In this document: positions 30,458 through 40,140 of the stretch, piece after piece
How the letters are laid out: the number at the start of each line of letters is the position of its first letter
How positions within the stretch are numbered: position 1 is the stretch's first letter
DNA from: an uncultured delta proteobacterium
GTDB taxonomy: Bacteria > Myxococcota_A > Polyangia > Fen-1088
Direction of reading: 5' to 3'
Assembly (NCBI GenBank): GCA_963796685.1
Contig: CAWCMR010000009.1
Span: forward strand, 360,924 to 424,923
Length of the DNA: 64,000 nt
Made by a program: the position numbers and the translations under genes
The notes under the pieces: model-generated
Seen by the model: only the letters and a program-made list of their open reading frames with translations
Database searches by the model: none
Told to the model about the DNA's origin: nothing

Positions 30458-30620
30458 CTAGAGTACCGAACGGGTTGAGGGACCGAGTGAAATTGCGCAG
30501 TTGCGAGCGGCCCAAGGCGCGAGGAGGGAGAATACTCGACGTATTTGACCGACGAGCAACGCAGGGACGCGACGCAAATGCGCGATTTCACGACGGGAGT
30601 CAACCCGTTCGGTGCTCTAG
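30458..30620. mobile_element. 163-bp palindromic element (MITE/RPE-like) bounded by CTAG at both ends
   Basis: CTAGAGTACCGAACGGGTTGA...TCAACCCGTTCGGTGCTCTAG (20/21 complementary); inner arm GTGAAATTGCGCAGTTGCG/CGCAAATGCGCGATTTCAC. Confidence 0.7.
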
Positions 30621-32137
30621 CTGCCGCCGGCTTCGTCCATGTGGTAGCCGGCCTCGCCGTGGTCGAGGATGTCGAGGCCCTGCTCTTCGTTATCGGCGTC
30701 CGGGCGCAACCCCAGCACTGCCTTGAGGGCGTAGGCCAGGATGCCGGTTCCGATCAGGGCCATGGCGATGGTCACGCCCATGGCCTTGAGTTGCTCGATC
30801 CACAGGGTCTTGCCCACGAGCTGACCCAGGTTGGTGGCGAGATTGCCGTTGGCCTCGGTGGTGGCGAGGAAGCCGGTCACGAGAGCGCCCAGCGTGCCGC
30901 CCACGCCGTGCACGCCAAACGTATCGAGAGCGTCGTCGTACTTGAGAAGCGCCTTCAACTTGGTGCAGGCGAAATACGGGACCACGCCTGCCAGCAGGCC
31001 GATGAGCACGGCGCCGGAGGGGGTGACGAATCCAGCCGCGGGCGTGATCACGACCAGACCGGCGACGACGCCCGAGCAGAAACCGAGCACCGTGGGCTTG
31101 CCACGCGTAGTCCATTCGATGAGCGGCCACACCGAGCCGGCAACCGCGGCGGCCAAGGTGGTGGCCACGAAGGCGCCGGCTGCGATGCCGTCGGCCGCGA
31201 CCGCACTGCCCGCGTTGAAGCCATACCAGCCGACCCACAGCATCCCGGTGCCCACGGCGGTCAGCACCATGCTATGGGGCATGAAGGGCCGCCGGCCGAA
31301 GCCCTTGCGCGGCCCGAGGATGAGCGCGAGGAAGAGCGCCGACCATCCCGAGGACATGTGCACGACCGTGCCCCCCGCGAAGTCGATGGCCTTGATGCCG
31401 GCCCTGGGGTTGGCCAGGCCGTTCATCATGCCGTCCGCCCCCCACACCATGTGCGCGAGCGGGAAGTAGACGAGCAACATCCAGCCCAGGATGAAGGCCA
31501 TGACAGCCGAGTACTTCATGCGCTCGGCGATGGCGCCCACGATGAGGGCGGGCGTGATGATGGCGAACATCATCTGGTACATGGCGAACACGGACTGCGA
31601 CACCCAGGGCCCGTAGTCCTGGTTGGGCGTCGAGGTCACGCCCTTGAGAAAGGCGAACTTCATCGAGCCCAGGATCGACGCCCCGCTGGCCGAGCCGCTG
31701 CTGGCGAACACGGCGCTGTAGCCGAACGCCCACCACAGGATAGTCACCAGGCCCGCACACCCGAAGCACTGGGCGATGACGGACAGGATGTTCTTGCGGC
31801 GGACCAGCCCGCCGTAGAAGAGCGCCAGGCCGGGCAAGGTCATGAAGAGCACGAGCGCGGACGAGGTCATCATCCAGCTGTTGTGACCCGGCCCGGGAGC
31901 GGTCAGGGTCTTGGGCGGGGTGTTGTTGATGTAGGCCTCGAAATCCGCGACCCGCGCGCTCAGGTCGGCCACGCTGGGCCCAGCCGCGGCGGGCGCGGGT
32001 GGGGCAGCACCTATGGCCGCGGCGGGCGCCAAAATCGGCTTGCCCGAATCTTCAGCGGAAGCCATTCTGGCGCCCAGAAGTCCGAGCACGAGCACCGGAA
32101 CGAGCACGGTAACCAGAGCGATTTGCCTTGCCTGCAT
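30617..32137 (-). CDS. amtB: Ammonium transporter
   Basis: WMMTSSALVLFMTLPGLALFYGG, YQMMFAIIT, DFAGGTVVH, WVGWYGFNAGS, DDALDTFGVHG, EEQGLD..HGE; long signal/N-terminal extension; start 32137 or 32164. Confidence 0.96.
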   Translation of the reverse strand: MQARQIALVTVLVPVLVLGLLGARMASAEDSGKPILAPAAAIGAAPPAPAAAGPSVADLSARVADFEAYINNTPPKTLTAPGPGHNSWMMTSSALVLFMTLPGLALFYGGLVRRKNILSVIAQCFGCAGLVTILWWAFGYSAVFASSGSASGASILGSMKFAFLKGVTSTPNQDYGPWVSQSVFAMYQMMFAIITPALIVGAIAERMKYSAVMAFILGWMLLVYFPLAHMVWGADGMMNGLANPRAGIKAIDFAGGTVVHMSSGWSALFLALILGPRKGFGRRPFMPHSMVLTAVGTGMLWVGWYGFNAGSAVAADGIAAGAFVATTLAAAVAGSVWPLIEWTTRGKPTVLGFCSGVVAGLVVITPAAGFVTPSGAVLIGLLAGVVPYFACTKLKALLKYDDALDTFGVHGVGGTLGALVTGFLATTEANGNLATNLGQLVGKTLWIEQLKAMGVTIAMALIGTGILAYALKAVLGLRPDADNEEQGLDILDHGEAGYHMDEAGGS

Positions 32138-32353
32138 GAGCGACGGTCCTTTCTCTTCTGCCATGAGTCCTAGTCGAGAGTCCCATTGGCAAAGTAAAGA
32201 TCCGCGCCGGATGTAGCAAGGTGTTCCCCGGCCCTTTGTCGAGATTTTGCCCGCTTGAAACTGGCACTCCTTGCGAAAGCAACTGGAAAGAAACCTGATG
32301 GAAACAGAATCTCTGGAAGGGCAGTCCGGCCCTGCAATGCTAGAAACAACCCC

Positions 32354-33400
32354 ATGACGGTTCGCGAGCAACTCGAAGCGGATGAAGAGAAGATCTTTTC
32401 GCCATACGCGCAGAAGAGCAGCACCAGCCTGGGGCGCAAGCGCCCCGAGCCGCTCGACGAGGTCCGGCCGATCTTCCAACACGACCGCGACCGCATCCTG
32501 CACTCCAAGGCGTTTCGCCGCCTGGCGGGCAAGACCCAGGTCTTCCTGGCGCCCCACGGCGACCACTACCGCACCCGGCTGACGCACACGCTGGAGGTGT
32601 CGCAGATCGCGCGCACCATCGCGCGGGCGCTGCGCCTCAACGAATCGCTGGTCGAGGCCATCGTGATGGGACACGACCTTGGACACACGCCCTTCGGCCA
32701 CGCCGGCGAGCGCATCCTGTCCAAGCTCATGCCCGGAGGTTTCCACCACGGGCGGCAATCCGTCCGCGTGGTCGACGTGCTGGAGCGCGACGGACAAGGT
32801 CTCAACCTGACGGCCGAGGTGCGCGACGGAATCTTGCGCCACTCGAAAGGCAAGGGAAAGGTCCTGGCCAGCGACATCGATCATGAAGCCTCCACGCTGG
32901 AGGGGCAGATCGCGCGCGTGGCCGACATCGCGGCCTACGTCAACCACGACCTCGACGACGCCATTCGCGGCCAGGTCATCACCGCGGCGGAGGTCCCGTC
33001 GGACATCCTCGAGGTGCTGGGCAAAACCCACAGCGAGCGCATCAGCCGCCTGGTCACCGACGCGGTCTCCGCCTCGCGCCTCGACGAGAAGCGCCACATC
33101 GAGATGAGCACCGAGGTGCTCGACGCCCTGATGGCCTTGCGCGATTTCCTCTACGTCAACGTCTACGAGCGGCCGGAGATCCACGCCGAGTTCGAGCGCG
33201 CCCAGCGCGTGGTGCGCGAGCTATGGGAGTACTTCAACGCCCACGGCGACGAGTTCCGTGCCAAGCACTGGCCGAAGGGTCTGCCCGAAAGCGAAGAGCT
33301 GCCGCGCGCGGTGGCCGACTTCATCACCGGCATGACCGACCGCTACGCCATGCGGACGTACGAGGAGTGCTTCCTGCCCAGGCGATGGATCGTGCTTTAG
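32354..33400 (+). CDS. dgt: Deoxyguanosinetriphosphate triphosphohydrolase-like HD protein
   Basis: FQHDRDRILHSKAFRRLAGKTQVF, RTRLTHTLEV, GHDLGHTPFGHAGE, DFITGMTDRYA. Confidence 0.93.
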   Translation: MTVREQLEADEEKIFSPYAQKSSTSLGRKRPEPLDEVRPIFQHDRDRILHSKAFRRLAGKTQVFLAPHGDHYRTRLTHTLEVSQIARTIARALRLNESLVEAIVMGHDLGHTPFGHAGERILSKLMPGGFHHGRQSVRVVDVLERDGQGLNLTAEVRDGILRHSKGKGKVLASDIDHEASTLEGQIARVADIAAYVNHDLDDAIRGQVITAAEVPSDILEVLGKTHSERISRLVTDAVSASRLDEKRHIEMSTEVLDALMALRDFLYVNVYERPEIHAEFERAQRVVRELWEYFNAHGDEFRAKHWPKGLPESEELPRAVADFITGMTDRYAMRTYEECFLPRRWIVL

Positions 33401-33413
33401 CGACTAAATCGGA

Positions 33414-34480
33414 CTACTGCAGGCCCAGATCCTTGCGGATGGCCATCACCATCGCGCAGTGGCCGAGGAGATCGGCTTCGCTCTTGTAATCACTTGCGAG
33501 GTTGAGGCCGTAAGGCCAGAAGTGCTGCGTGTCCGCGGTCAGGACTTCCTGCCCTTGCTGCTGCCAAACGTCCGGGAGCAGGGCCTGCCGTTGCGCGATC
33601 CCGTTCGCGCCTGTCCAAGGCCCCGAGCTTCCCCCGTCCGGTATGGCGACGAACGAATGCCAATTGCTTGCCGTTCCGACGCCCACGGTATGGGAGATCT
33701 CGTGCATGGCGACGCGCAAGACCATGTACGACTTGTCGCTGCCGAATCGAATCGTCCCGTTGCTGTTGCCGTCGGCGGTGGCCACCGACGAGTCGTATAC
33801 GACTTTGTCGGCCTTGGTGATGTTGGTGTAGCAGTTGTAGTAGGCGACGGCCTGGTCCATGGCCGCCGTGATCAGATCGTCCACGGCCGAGTCGCCTGAC
33901 TTGGTGAACGTGTACGTGACATGGCCCGTGTAGGGGCAAGTGCCGCCGTCGGGAACGGCGACGGGTTTGGTGTACGCCCCGGTATCCGCGCCGGCGCTCC
34001 CGGTCCCGTCCCGGGTAGATCGACCTTCGCGTCACCGCCGCTGTCCCGGCCGGCGTCGGCCAAGGCGTCGCCGGCCCCGCCAGTCCCGTTGGCCCCGCCG
34101 GTTCCAGCGCCGCTACCGCCGGCCGTGCCGCCGGTCCCTGGCCCGCCGCCCGAGCCGCCCGCGAGATCGGAACGACTGTCGGCCGCAGCATCGCCGTGCG
34201 TCCCGCCCGCGCCCGTGGCCCCGCCCGTTCCAACCTTGCCGCCAGCGCCAAATGAACCACCAGCGCTCGTTGTGCCACCACTGCCGGTTGCGCCGCCCGA
34301 GCCCGCTGTACTGGACGCGCTTGACGAGCCACCGCTCCCGGAAACACCGCCCGTGCGTCCCGGACCCTTGCCACCGCTTCCCACGACAGCGGCGTCCGAT
34401 CCCGGCGAGGGCTTCGACGTGGAAGCCGAGTTGCACCCGCCCGCGATCACCGCAAGAACAAGCAAGCTTCGCTTTGTCAT
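33414..34480 (-). CDS. Lipoprotein with Gly-rich linker and C-terminal HEXXH (zincin-like) domain; apparent frameshift near 34017
   Basis: Lipobox IAGGC; the linker frame joins TRDGTGSAG..CPYTGHVTYTF..AMDQAVAYYNC..MHEISHTVGVG..HFWPYGLN in the adjacent frame. Confidence 0.7.
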
Positions 34481-34534
34481 CGTGCGCCTCCCGACCGGGT
34501 TTGGTTGCGCGGATTGTACCACCAATCCCGGCCC

Positions 34535-35398
34535 CTACCCTTTGACCAGCCCACGCACCACGCTGAGCAGATTGGCGCTGCCGGGCTGCACGGAGACCGA
34601 GGGAGCCAGTCGGCGCAGAAACCAACGCACGGTCCAGGTCAAGCTCGCCCCGGGGACCACGCCGACGCAAGCGCCCTGGTTCTCGACCTCGATGTAGGAA
34701 TGGCCGGCGTCGGTGTAGATCTCAATCTCGGCTTCGCCGGGTGCGGCCCTAGCAGCGGGCATGTCGGGGAAGGCTTTGACCAGCAGCAGGTCTCCGTCGA
34801 CGTGCGCGATCCAACCTTCGCGGCCGTCGGCGAAGACCTTCTGGTCGTTGACGATCGACGACGCCGAGTAGGCGAACCAGGCCACGCCGTCCACGATCCG
34901 CAGGTCGAGCAGATCCTGCGCTCCCTTGGCCGGAGCACCGTCGCCCAGGGGAAAGAACGTGAGGCCGCCGGCCGCGACGCGCGTGATTTCCCACGGCGCA
35001 ACCGAGCGCGCATGAGGACCCAGGTTCACGAGCCCGTACTCGATGGCGACCATGCCCCGGTCGACGTCGACGGAGAACTGCTTGGTCACGGCGAGCCCGA
35101 GCGCGGCCGAGGTCCGGCTGACCAGGGACAGCGTAGCGCCGCTCAGCGATGGCGTGTACGCGCCCGGATCGAGCTCGGCGGGTGGCGGCCAGCCCCAGTC
35201 ACTCTGCGGGCTGGGCCAGAAGGTCGAGCCCCAGTTGTTGTCCTGGATGTCCTTCGCCGCGGTCAGGATGTTCTTGCCGGCCAGCGAGAAGGTGACGATA
35301 CGACCCGCCTTGGCCACGTCCACCGCGAAAACCGTGTCGCCGAAGGCGAAGGTATAGACGGTGCCGTTCACGGTGGGCGAGGATTTGCCGGTGGTCAT
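34535..35398 (-). CDS. DUF4380-like (mutarotase-fold) protein
   Basis: AGGAGG RBS; GRIVTFSLAGKNIL, WGSTFWPSPQSDWGWPPP, APWEITRV, EAEIEIY, YIEVENQG. Confidence 0.75.
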   Translation of the reverse strand: MTTGKSSPTVNGTVYTFAFGDTVFAVDVAKAGRIVTFSLAGKNILTAAKDIQDNNWGSTFWPSPQSDWGWPPPAELDPGAYTPSLSGATLSLVSRTSAALGLAVTKQFSVDVDRGMVAIEYGLVNLGPHARSVAPWEITRVAAGGLTFFPLGDGAPAKGAQDLLDLRIVDGVAWFAYSASSIVNDQKVFADGREGWIAHVDGDLLLVKAFPDMPAARAAPGEAEIEIYTDAGHSYIEVENQGACVGVVPGASLTWTVRWFLRRLAPSVSVQPGSANLLSVVRGLVKG

Positions 35399-35481
35399 CG
35401 TTCCTCCTGTTGCAGCGCTGGGCACAGCCATTTCCATCCATTGCGCCAAGAACGTCAACCGCGGAATCGACCGCTCGGTCT

Positions 35482-36712
35482 TCAGGCCAGACGCAGCAGG
35501 GTCTGCGCCAGGGCCGCGCACACATAACCCAGCCGAGTCACGGCGAAGCTCTCGATGCGTGCGCCGTTGCGTCCCTGACCGTAGAGAAGGATGGCGGTTT
35601 GCCCGGCGACGATCACCGGCGCGACCACGACCTCGCGCGGAGGCTGGCAACCGAGCGCCGCCCACAGGGATCGGTGGATGGCGTCGCCCTCGGGCATGGG
35701 CGTGCCGTGGAACATGGTGCCCTGACGATAGGCCTCGTGAAAGCACGAGGGCAGGGAGAGCGAGAAGACCAGGCTCTCGACTGCCGGGCGCGGCTCGCCT
35801 TGGTTGTAGCCGAAGCGGCCCTCGGCCAGCACGCCCGCCATCGCGAACATCGCCCCCGCGCCGAAGCAGGAGCGCATGAACGCAAAGAGATGATCCGCGG
35901 CGGCTTGCCGATCGCCGGCCGACGCGATCTTCTCCACTGCCGCGTCCGGCCCGGTCCTCGACACCATGGGCGGGATCGGCGTTTGCGACACCATCTCTCC
36001 CGTGGCCTCGACCGGCGCCCGCGGATCGGCGGGCACGAACAAGGGAACGTCGCTGACGGCGGCGAGGTAGGATTGGGTCGGCGCGCGCGGACGCCTGGGC
36101 AAGGTGGGCCGCCCGGTCGAACGAGGCGGCGGCGTCGGCGCCTCGAACTGGGAGCCCGCGTTGACCGCCAGGGGCATGAGGGGGCGGCTGTCTTCGACGG
36201 ACATGGGTGCCATCACCGGCGCCATCACGGGACCGTCGACGATCGCCGGCTGGGCCACGGGATGGTAACCGGTCGTCCAACGTCGGGGCATGCTGTAAAG
36301 GAGACTCCAACTGCCGGGCGAGCACGGGCTCGGACGTCACCATGGGCTCGATGGCGGCACCCAAGGCGAAGGCCAGCTCGTCGATGGCTTTCAAATCGTG
36401 GGGCTCGATCATGGCGACGGCCACACGCCGATTTGCCGTCGTGTAGAGCGGGAGCGCCTTGAGCTGGTCGGCCTGGCGCGCGCGCAAACGCTTGAGAAGA
36501 CCGGGATCCACGCGGGCAAAGTCCTGGTCGAGCGCCGGGGGAACGCCGAACAGCAGCCCCAAGGCCGTCGCGACCTGGTCCGCGCTGAGCAGCCCCTCTT
36601 CGAGCAGACCCGTCGCGAGCTGGGCGTCTTGCACGGCCTGATAGCCGGGCATGGAACGCAAGCTGGCCGGCGAGATCCAACCACGTTCGAGAAGTATCTC
36701 TACCAAGCTCAT
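35482..36712 (-). CDS. Second MshEN/GspE-N + GAF-like protein, paralogue of 6738-7982; apparent +1 frameshift at about 36304
   Basis: FGVPPAL..RRVAVAM..EPMV..LARQLE; removing one base gives LELLYSM and joins LFAFMRSCFGAGAMF..FSLSLPSCF..LLRLA, closely matching the paralogue. Confidence 0.8.
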
Positions 36713-36892
36713 CGCGACACCTCCGCGCCCGTGACGCCACGAATACACATGATTGTACCAGAGGAATCAGTCATTCCCGATCGGCCGATCCTTCGGCAGG
36801 CCAGGCGAATTTCTGGAGTCCGCGCGCCGATTTGCGTTAACTCAGAACGTCAACCGATTCCAGATGCGCAACAGTCTGAAATCACGCGGGAA

Positions 36893-37960
36893 TCAGTTGC
36901 ACGCGTTGAACTCGGAGATGGTCGTTTCGACGACAAAATCCGAGCCGGTCATGTGACGCTCGGCGAAAAAGATGTGCATGGAATAGATTCCACCCTTGGA
37001 GATTCCGAGCTCCTTGGCGCGCGCATCGAGATCCACGGTCTCGGACAGGCTGGAGTGGATGCCTCCAAGATCGATGACCAGGATGCGGTTGATGAACACG
37101 AACACGTCGTCGTCGCCCGCGAAGGTGAAGGTCTCGCCGCCGCTGTAGCGAAACTTGGCGGCGATCTCGGCGGTAAAGGCATAGTTGTGCGGCTGCCCCT
37201 CGTCGCCGAAAAGCTGGTCGTCGATGGGAAAGAACGAGGTGTTGTTGTAGGTGTACACGCCCTTGCTGACATCCGACGGCGTCAGGGGAATGTCGATGGT
37301 GGTCGAGATATTCACGCCAGGGACGTCGCGGTACCACTGGTTAAAGGTGTCCGGACCCACCACGGTGGCCGTGGAGCCGCTGTGTGCGTACACCGGCTTG
37401 TCGTCGTTCCCCAAGGTCGTCTCCACGATCCCCGTCTCGGCGATGCCGTCGTGGTTCATGTCGGGAAAGGTGATGTGAAAATCGCGAATGGTCGCCGTCA
37501 GCTTGGGCTCCTTGGGCTGTGTGGCCGTGCACGCCTGCCACTTGTTGTCAGCGCAAGTCAGGGTGCCAGGGCCGCAGATGGTCGAACAATCCTTCACCAC
37601 CGGATCGACCTCGCACACGCCCTTGAGCTGGTTGTCCTCGCACAACTGGGTTCCGTCGCCGCAGGTGTTGCTGCACGGCAGGCGGACAGGATCGACCTCG
37701 CACACGCTCGACATCTGGTCGTTCTGGCACAGGCGTGTTCCGGTGCCGCAGGTGTTGGTGCAGGCAAAGCGGACCGGCGGCACATCACAGCCGGTCCACG
37801 AGCTGCCCTTGCAGGTCTGCACGCCGTCCCCGCAGGTGGTGGTGCAGGCACGCGTGGCGCCCTCGCTGCTGCAGGGGGAGATGCGCATCGCGGTCCGACC
37901 TTCGCAGGCAAGAACGACCGTCGTCATGGAAAAGAGAAGGGCCAAACGAGACTGCGTCAT
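36893..37960 (-). CDS. Fibro-slime (PA14-related) domain lipoprotein with Cys-rich repeats
   Basis: Lipobox VVLAC; four CxxxCGxGxxxC repeats; TIRDF, FNQWYRDVPGVN, FFPID, HNYAFT, FAGDDDVFVFIN, DLGGIH, FFAERH. Confidence 0.88.
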   Translation of the reverse strand: MTQSRLALLFSMTTVVLACEGRTAMRISPCSSEGATRACTTTCGDGVQTCKGSSWTGCDVPPVRFACTNTCGTGTRLCQNDQMSSVCEVDPVRLPCSNTCGDGTQLCEDNQLKGVCEVDPVVKDCSTICGPGTLTCADNKWQACTATQPKEPKLTATIRDFHITFPDMNHDGIAETGIVETTLGNDDKPVYAHSGSTATVVGPDTFNQWYRDVPGVNISTTIDIPLTPSDVSKGVYTYNNTSFFPIDDQLFGDEGQPHNYAFTAEIAAKFRYSGGETFTFAGDDDVFVFINRILVIDLGGIHSSLSETVDLDARAKELGISKGGIYSMHIFFAERHMTGSDFVVETTISEFNACN

Positions 37961-38034
37961 GGAGGGCGACATCGACGAAAAGGTTACGCCTACTGGGCGA
38001 CCGCCACAACCGGTTGCTGACACGCGGCTATGAT

Positions 38035-38595
38035 CTAGCCCACAAACCAGCGCACGAAGAACACGATGGCAGAGATGCCACCAGCGACAAGCGAGGCAAA
38101 CCAGACTTTGCGGCTTTCGACGAGGGCGCCAATGGCCGAAAGTCCGATTGCCACCTGAAGAAAGGTCACGATGCTGGCGAACCATTCGTGCCGCGTGAGC
38201 TCCTCCTTGGACTCCGTCTCGAGGCTCCGGGCCTCGGCGCGGATCTCTTCCTGCTCGTGTATGTACTTGTCCACATCGGCGCGGACGGCGGCCACGCGAG
38301 CCGCATCGGCATGGAGCTCGGCCAGAACATCTGCCTCGGCCGAGCGCGTGGCGGCCTTGTTGCCCTTGGCCTGGTAGTAGGCCCATTGATCCGTGGCCCG
38401 GGACTGCTTGAGCAGAGCCTCGTTCGCGCTGTGCCCCGATTTCAGCGAGGCGATGGCCGCGATGACCGCAAAGCACGCCGAAGATACGGCCAGGCCGCGC
38501 AACCAGGGCGCACGGTGCTTTTCTTCCTGCGCCTTTTCGTGTGCGGCCTCTGCCGGCTTATCGATACCGACTTCTCCGATTTCTGCTTCTTCCAT
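38035..38595 (-). CDS. DUF4337-like membrane protein
   Basis: TM helix, ATDQWAYYQAK, coiled coil, FLQVAIGLSAIGAL. Confidence 0.8.
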   Translation of the reverse strand: MEEAEIGEVGIDKPAEAAHEKAQEEKHRAPWLRGLAVSSACFAVIAAIASLKSGHSANEALLKQSRATDQWAYYQAKGNKAATRSAEADVLAELHADAARVAAVRADVDKYIHEQEEIRAEARSLETESKEELTRHEWFASIVTFLQVAIGLSAIGALVESRKVWFASLVAGGISAIVFFVRWFVG

Positions 38596-38705
38596 GTTCC
38601 AACATCCTTCAAAAATCCAGGACAGCTCTATCGCGGCTCCAGGGCAGAGGCTACATTCACCCAACCAGGCAGCACCCGCGCATGATTGTAGAAGAGAAAA
38701 GGGCG

Positions 38706-40043
38706 ATGGCCACACGAGACGAGCTCGTCATTCTGGTGCGGCTGTCGCTGCCGCTCATGGCGTCCCAGGTGGGCATGATGTTCCTCGGCGTGGTGGAGAC
38801 GCTGCTCATGGGCCGGGCGGGAAACACGGCCCTGGCAGCGGTTTCCCTGGGGAATGCGTGGACGCACGGAACCCTCTTCATCGCCACCGGCGTGGTCATG
38901 GGGGCCGATCCGCTCCTCAGCCAGGCCTACGGCGCGGGCGACAACCGGACGGTGGCCCTGACCTTCCAGCGTGGTCTGGTGCTGGCCGTCTTGCTCGGGG
39001 TGCCGGTTTCGCTCTTGTGGCTGTGCACCCGGCCCGTGCTCGGCGCCTTCGGCCAAGATGCGGGCTTGTCCGCGCTGGCCAGCACCTTCGTGGCGCTGCA
39101 GGCGCCGGCCGCCTTCGGATTCCTGGTCTTCACCGTGGGTCGTCAGTACCTGGCCGGCCGAGGCATCGTCGCGCCATCGCTGTGGGTGGTGCTGGTCGTG
39201 AACGTGGTGAACGCGGGCCTGACCTGGTGGCTGGTGTTCGGCGGGGGTGGGCTGCCGCCGGTGGTCGCGGCGGGCGTCGCGGGATTGACCGTCCGCCTGC
39301 TCCTCCCGGCCCTCATGCTCGGCGTGATCTTCTGGGCAGGCCTGCACAAACCGGCGTGGACGGCGTGGGGACGGGCGGCGTTCGACTGGCGCCGCATCGG
39401 ACGCATCGCCTGGCTGGGACTGCCGATCGGGTTGCACTTCGGCCTGGAGGTCTGGGCCTTTCAACTGGCCACCCTGATGGCGGGAAAGCTCGGTCCGGTG
39501 CCCCTCGGCGCCCACGCCATCGTGCTCAACCTCGCCTCGCTGAGCTTCATGTTTCCCCTTGGCATCTCCACCGCGGCCGGGGTGCGCGTGGGAAACCTCA
39601 TCGGGGCCGGCGACGAGGCCGGGGCAAGGCGGGCGGCGCTGCTTTCCTTGGTGCTCGGCGCGGGCGTGATGTCGCTGTTCGGTGCCGCGTTCTTTCTGCT
39701 GCGCTGGCAACTGCCCCGCGTCTACGGCGCCGAGCCCGCGGTGCGAGCGCTGTGCGCCCGTGTGCTGCCCGTGACAGCCGCGTTCCAGATGCTGGATGGC
39801 ACCCAGGTCGTGGCGAGCGGCATCCTGCGCGGCCTCGCTCGCACCAAGCCCGCCGCCATCTTCAATTTCCTCGGTTACTACTTCCTGGCCCTGCCCATCG
39901 CGTACGGCCTGGGCGTCGGCCGCGGCTGGGGCCTGCGCGGCGTGTGGTGCGGGCTGGCCGCGGGCCTGCTCTTCGTCGCCACCGGATTGCTGATCATGGT
40001 GCTGCCCAGGTCGGCGTACCGCATGCGGCGGACGCGGGCTTGA
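38706..40043 (+). CDS. MATE family efflux transporter (NorM-like)
   Basis: About 12 TM segments; LSQAYGAGD, GLPIG..LEVWAF, VRVGNLIGAG, FQMLDGTQVV..GILRG. Confidence 0.92.
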   Translation: MATRDELVILVRLSLPLMASQVGMMFLGVVETLLMGRAGNTALAAVSLGNAWTHGTLFIATGVVMGADPLLSQAYGAGDNRTVALTFQRGLVLAVLLGVPVSLLWLCTRPVLGAFGQDAGLSALASTFVALQAPAAFGFLVFTVGRQYLAGRGIVAPSLWVVLVVNVVNAGLTWWLVFGGGGLPPVVAAGVAGLTVRLLLPALMLGVIFWAGLHKPAWTAWGRAAFDWRRIGRIAWLGLPIGLHFGLEVWAFQLATLMAGKLGPVPLGAHAIVLNLASLSFMFPLGISTAAGVRVGNLIGAGDEAGARRAALLSLVLGAGVMSLFGAAFFLLRWQLPRVYGAEPAVRALCARVLPVTAAFQMLDGTQVVASGILRGLARTKPAAIFNFLGYYFLALPIAYGLGVGRGWGLRGVWCGLAAGLLFVATGLLIMVLPRSAYRMRRTRA

Positions 40044-40105
40044 AGCGGACCGATGAACATCCGGTAACCGGCTAGTAAACTAAGGTTGCCATGGGTAGCG
40101 TGCGA

Positions 40106-40134
40106 TTGACACCGAGGCTGGGATTGGCGATGCT
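40106..40134 (+). promoter_or_regulatory. Sigma70-type promoter, probably leaderless
   Basis: TTGACA-N17-GATGCT ending 6 nt before ATG 40141; no SD sequence. Confidence 0.5.
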
Positions 40135-40140
40135 CCGGAT

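Noticed and set aside
32214-32275. Sigma54-like motifs upstream of amtB/dgt
   Set aside because: CTGGCACTCCTTGC has only 8-nt GG-GC spacing; the minus-strand CGGGGAACACCTTGCT has correct spacing but a poor -24 box. Not strong enough to call.
32165-33184. Long N-terminal extension of AmtB (855-aa ORF)
   Set aside because: The extension is the antisense of dgt; the real start is near 32137-32164.
32354-33400. dGTPase as an anti-phage defence gene
   Set aside because: Short housekeeping-type Dgt with host-like codon usage and no defence neighbours.
34535-36748. 737-aa apparent fusion of an MshEN domain to a DUF4380-like domain
   Set aside because: Artefact of the frameshift at about 36304; the middle is out-of-frame sequence and the downstream gene has its own RBS and ATG at 35398.
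37600-37710. 19-bp direct repeat GGATCGACCTCGCACACGC at 87-bp spacing
   Set aside because: Encodes the duplicated Cys-rich module (VCEVDP) of the fibro-slime protein; two copies only, not CRISPR.
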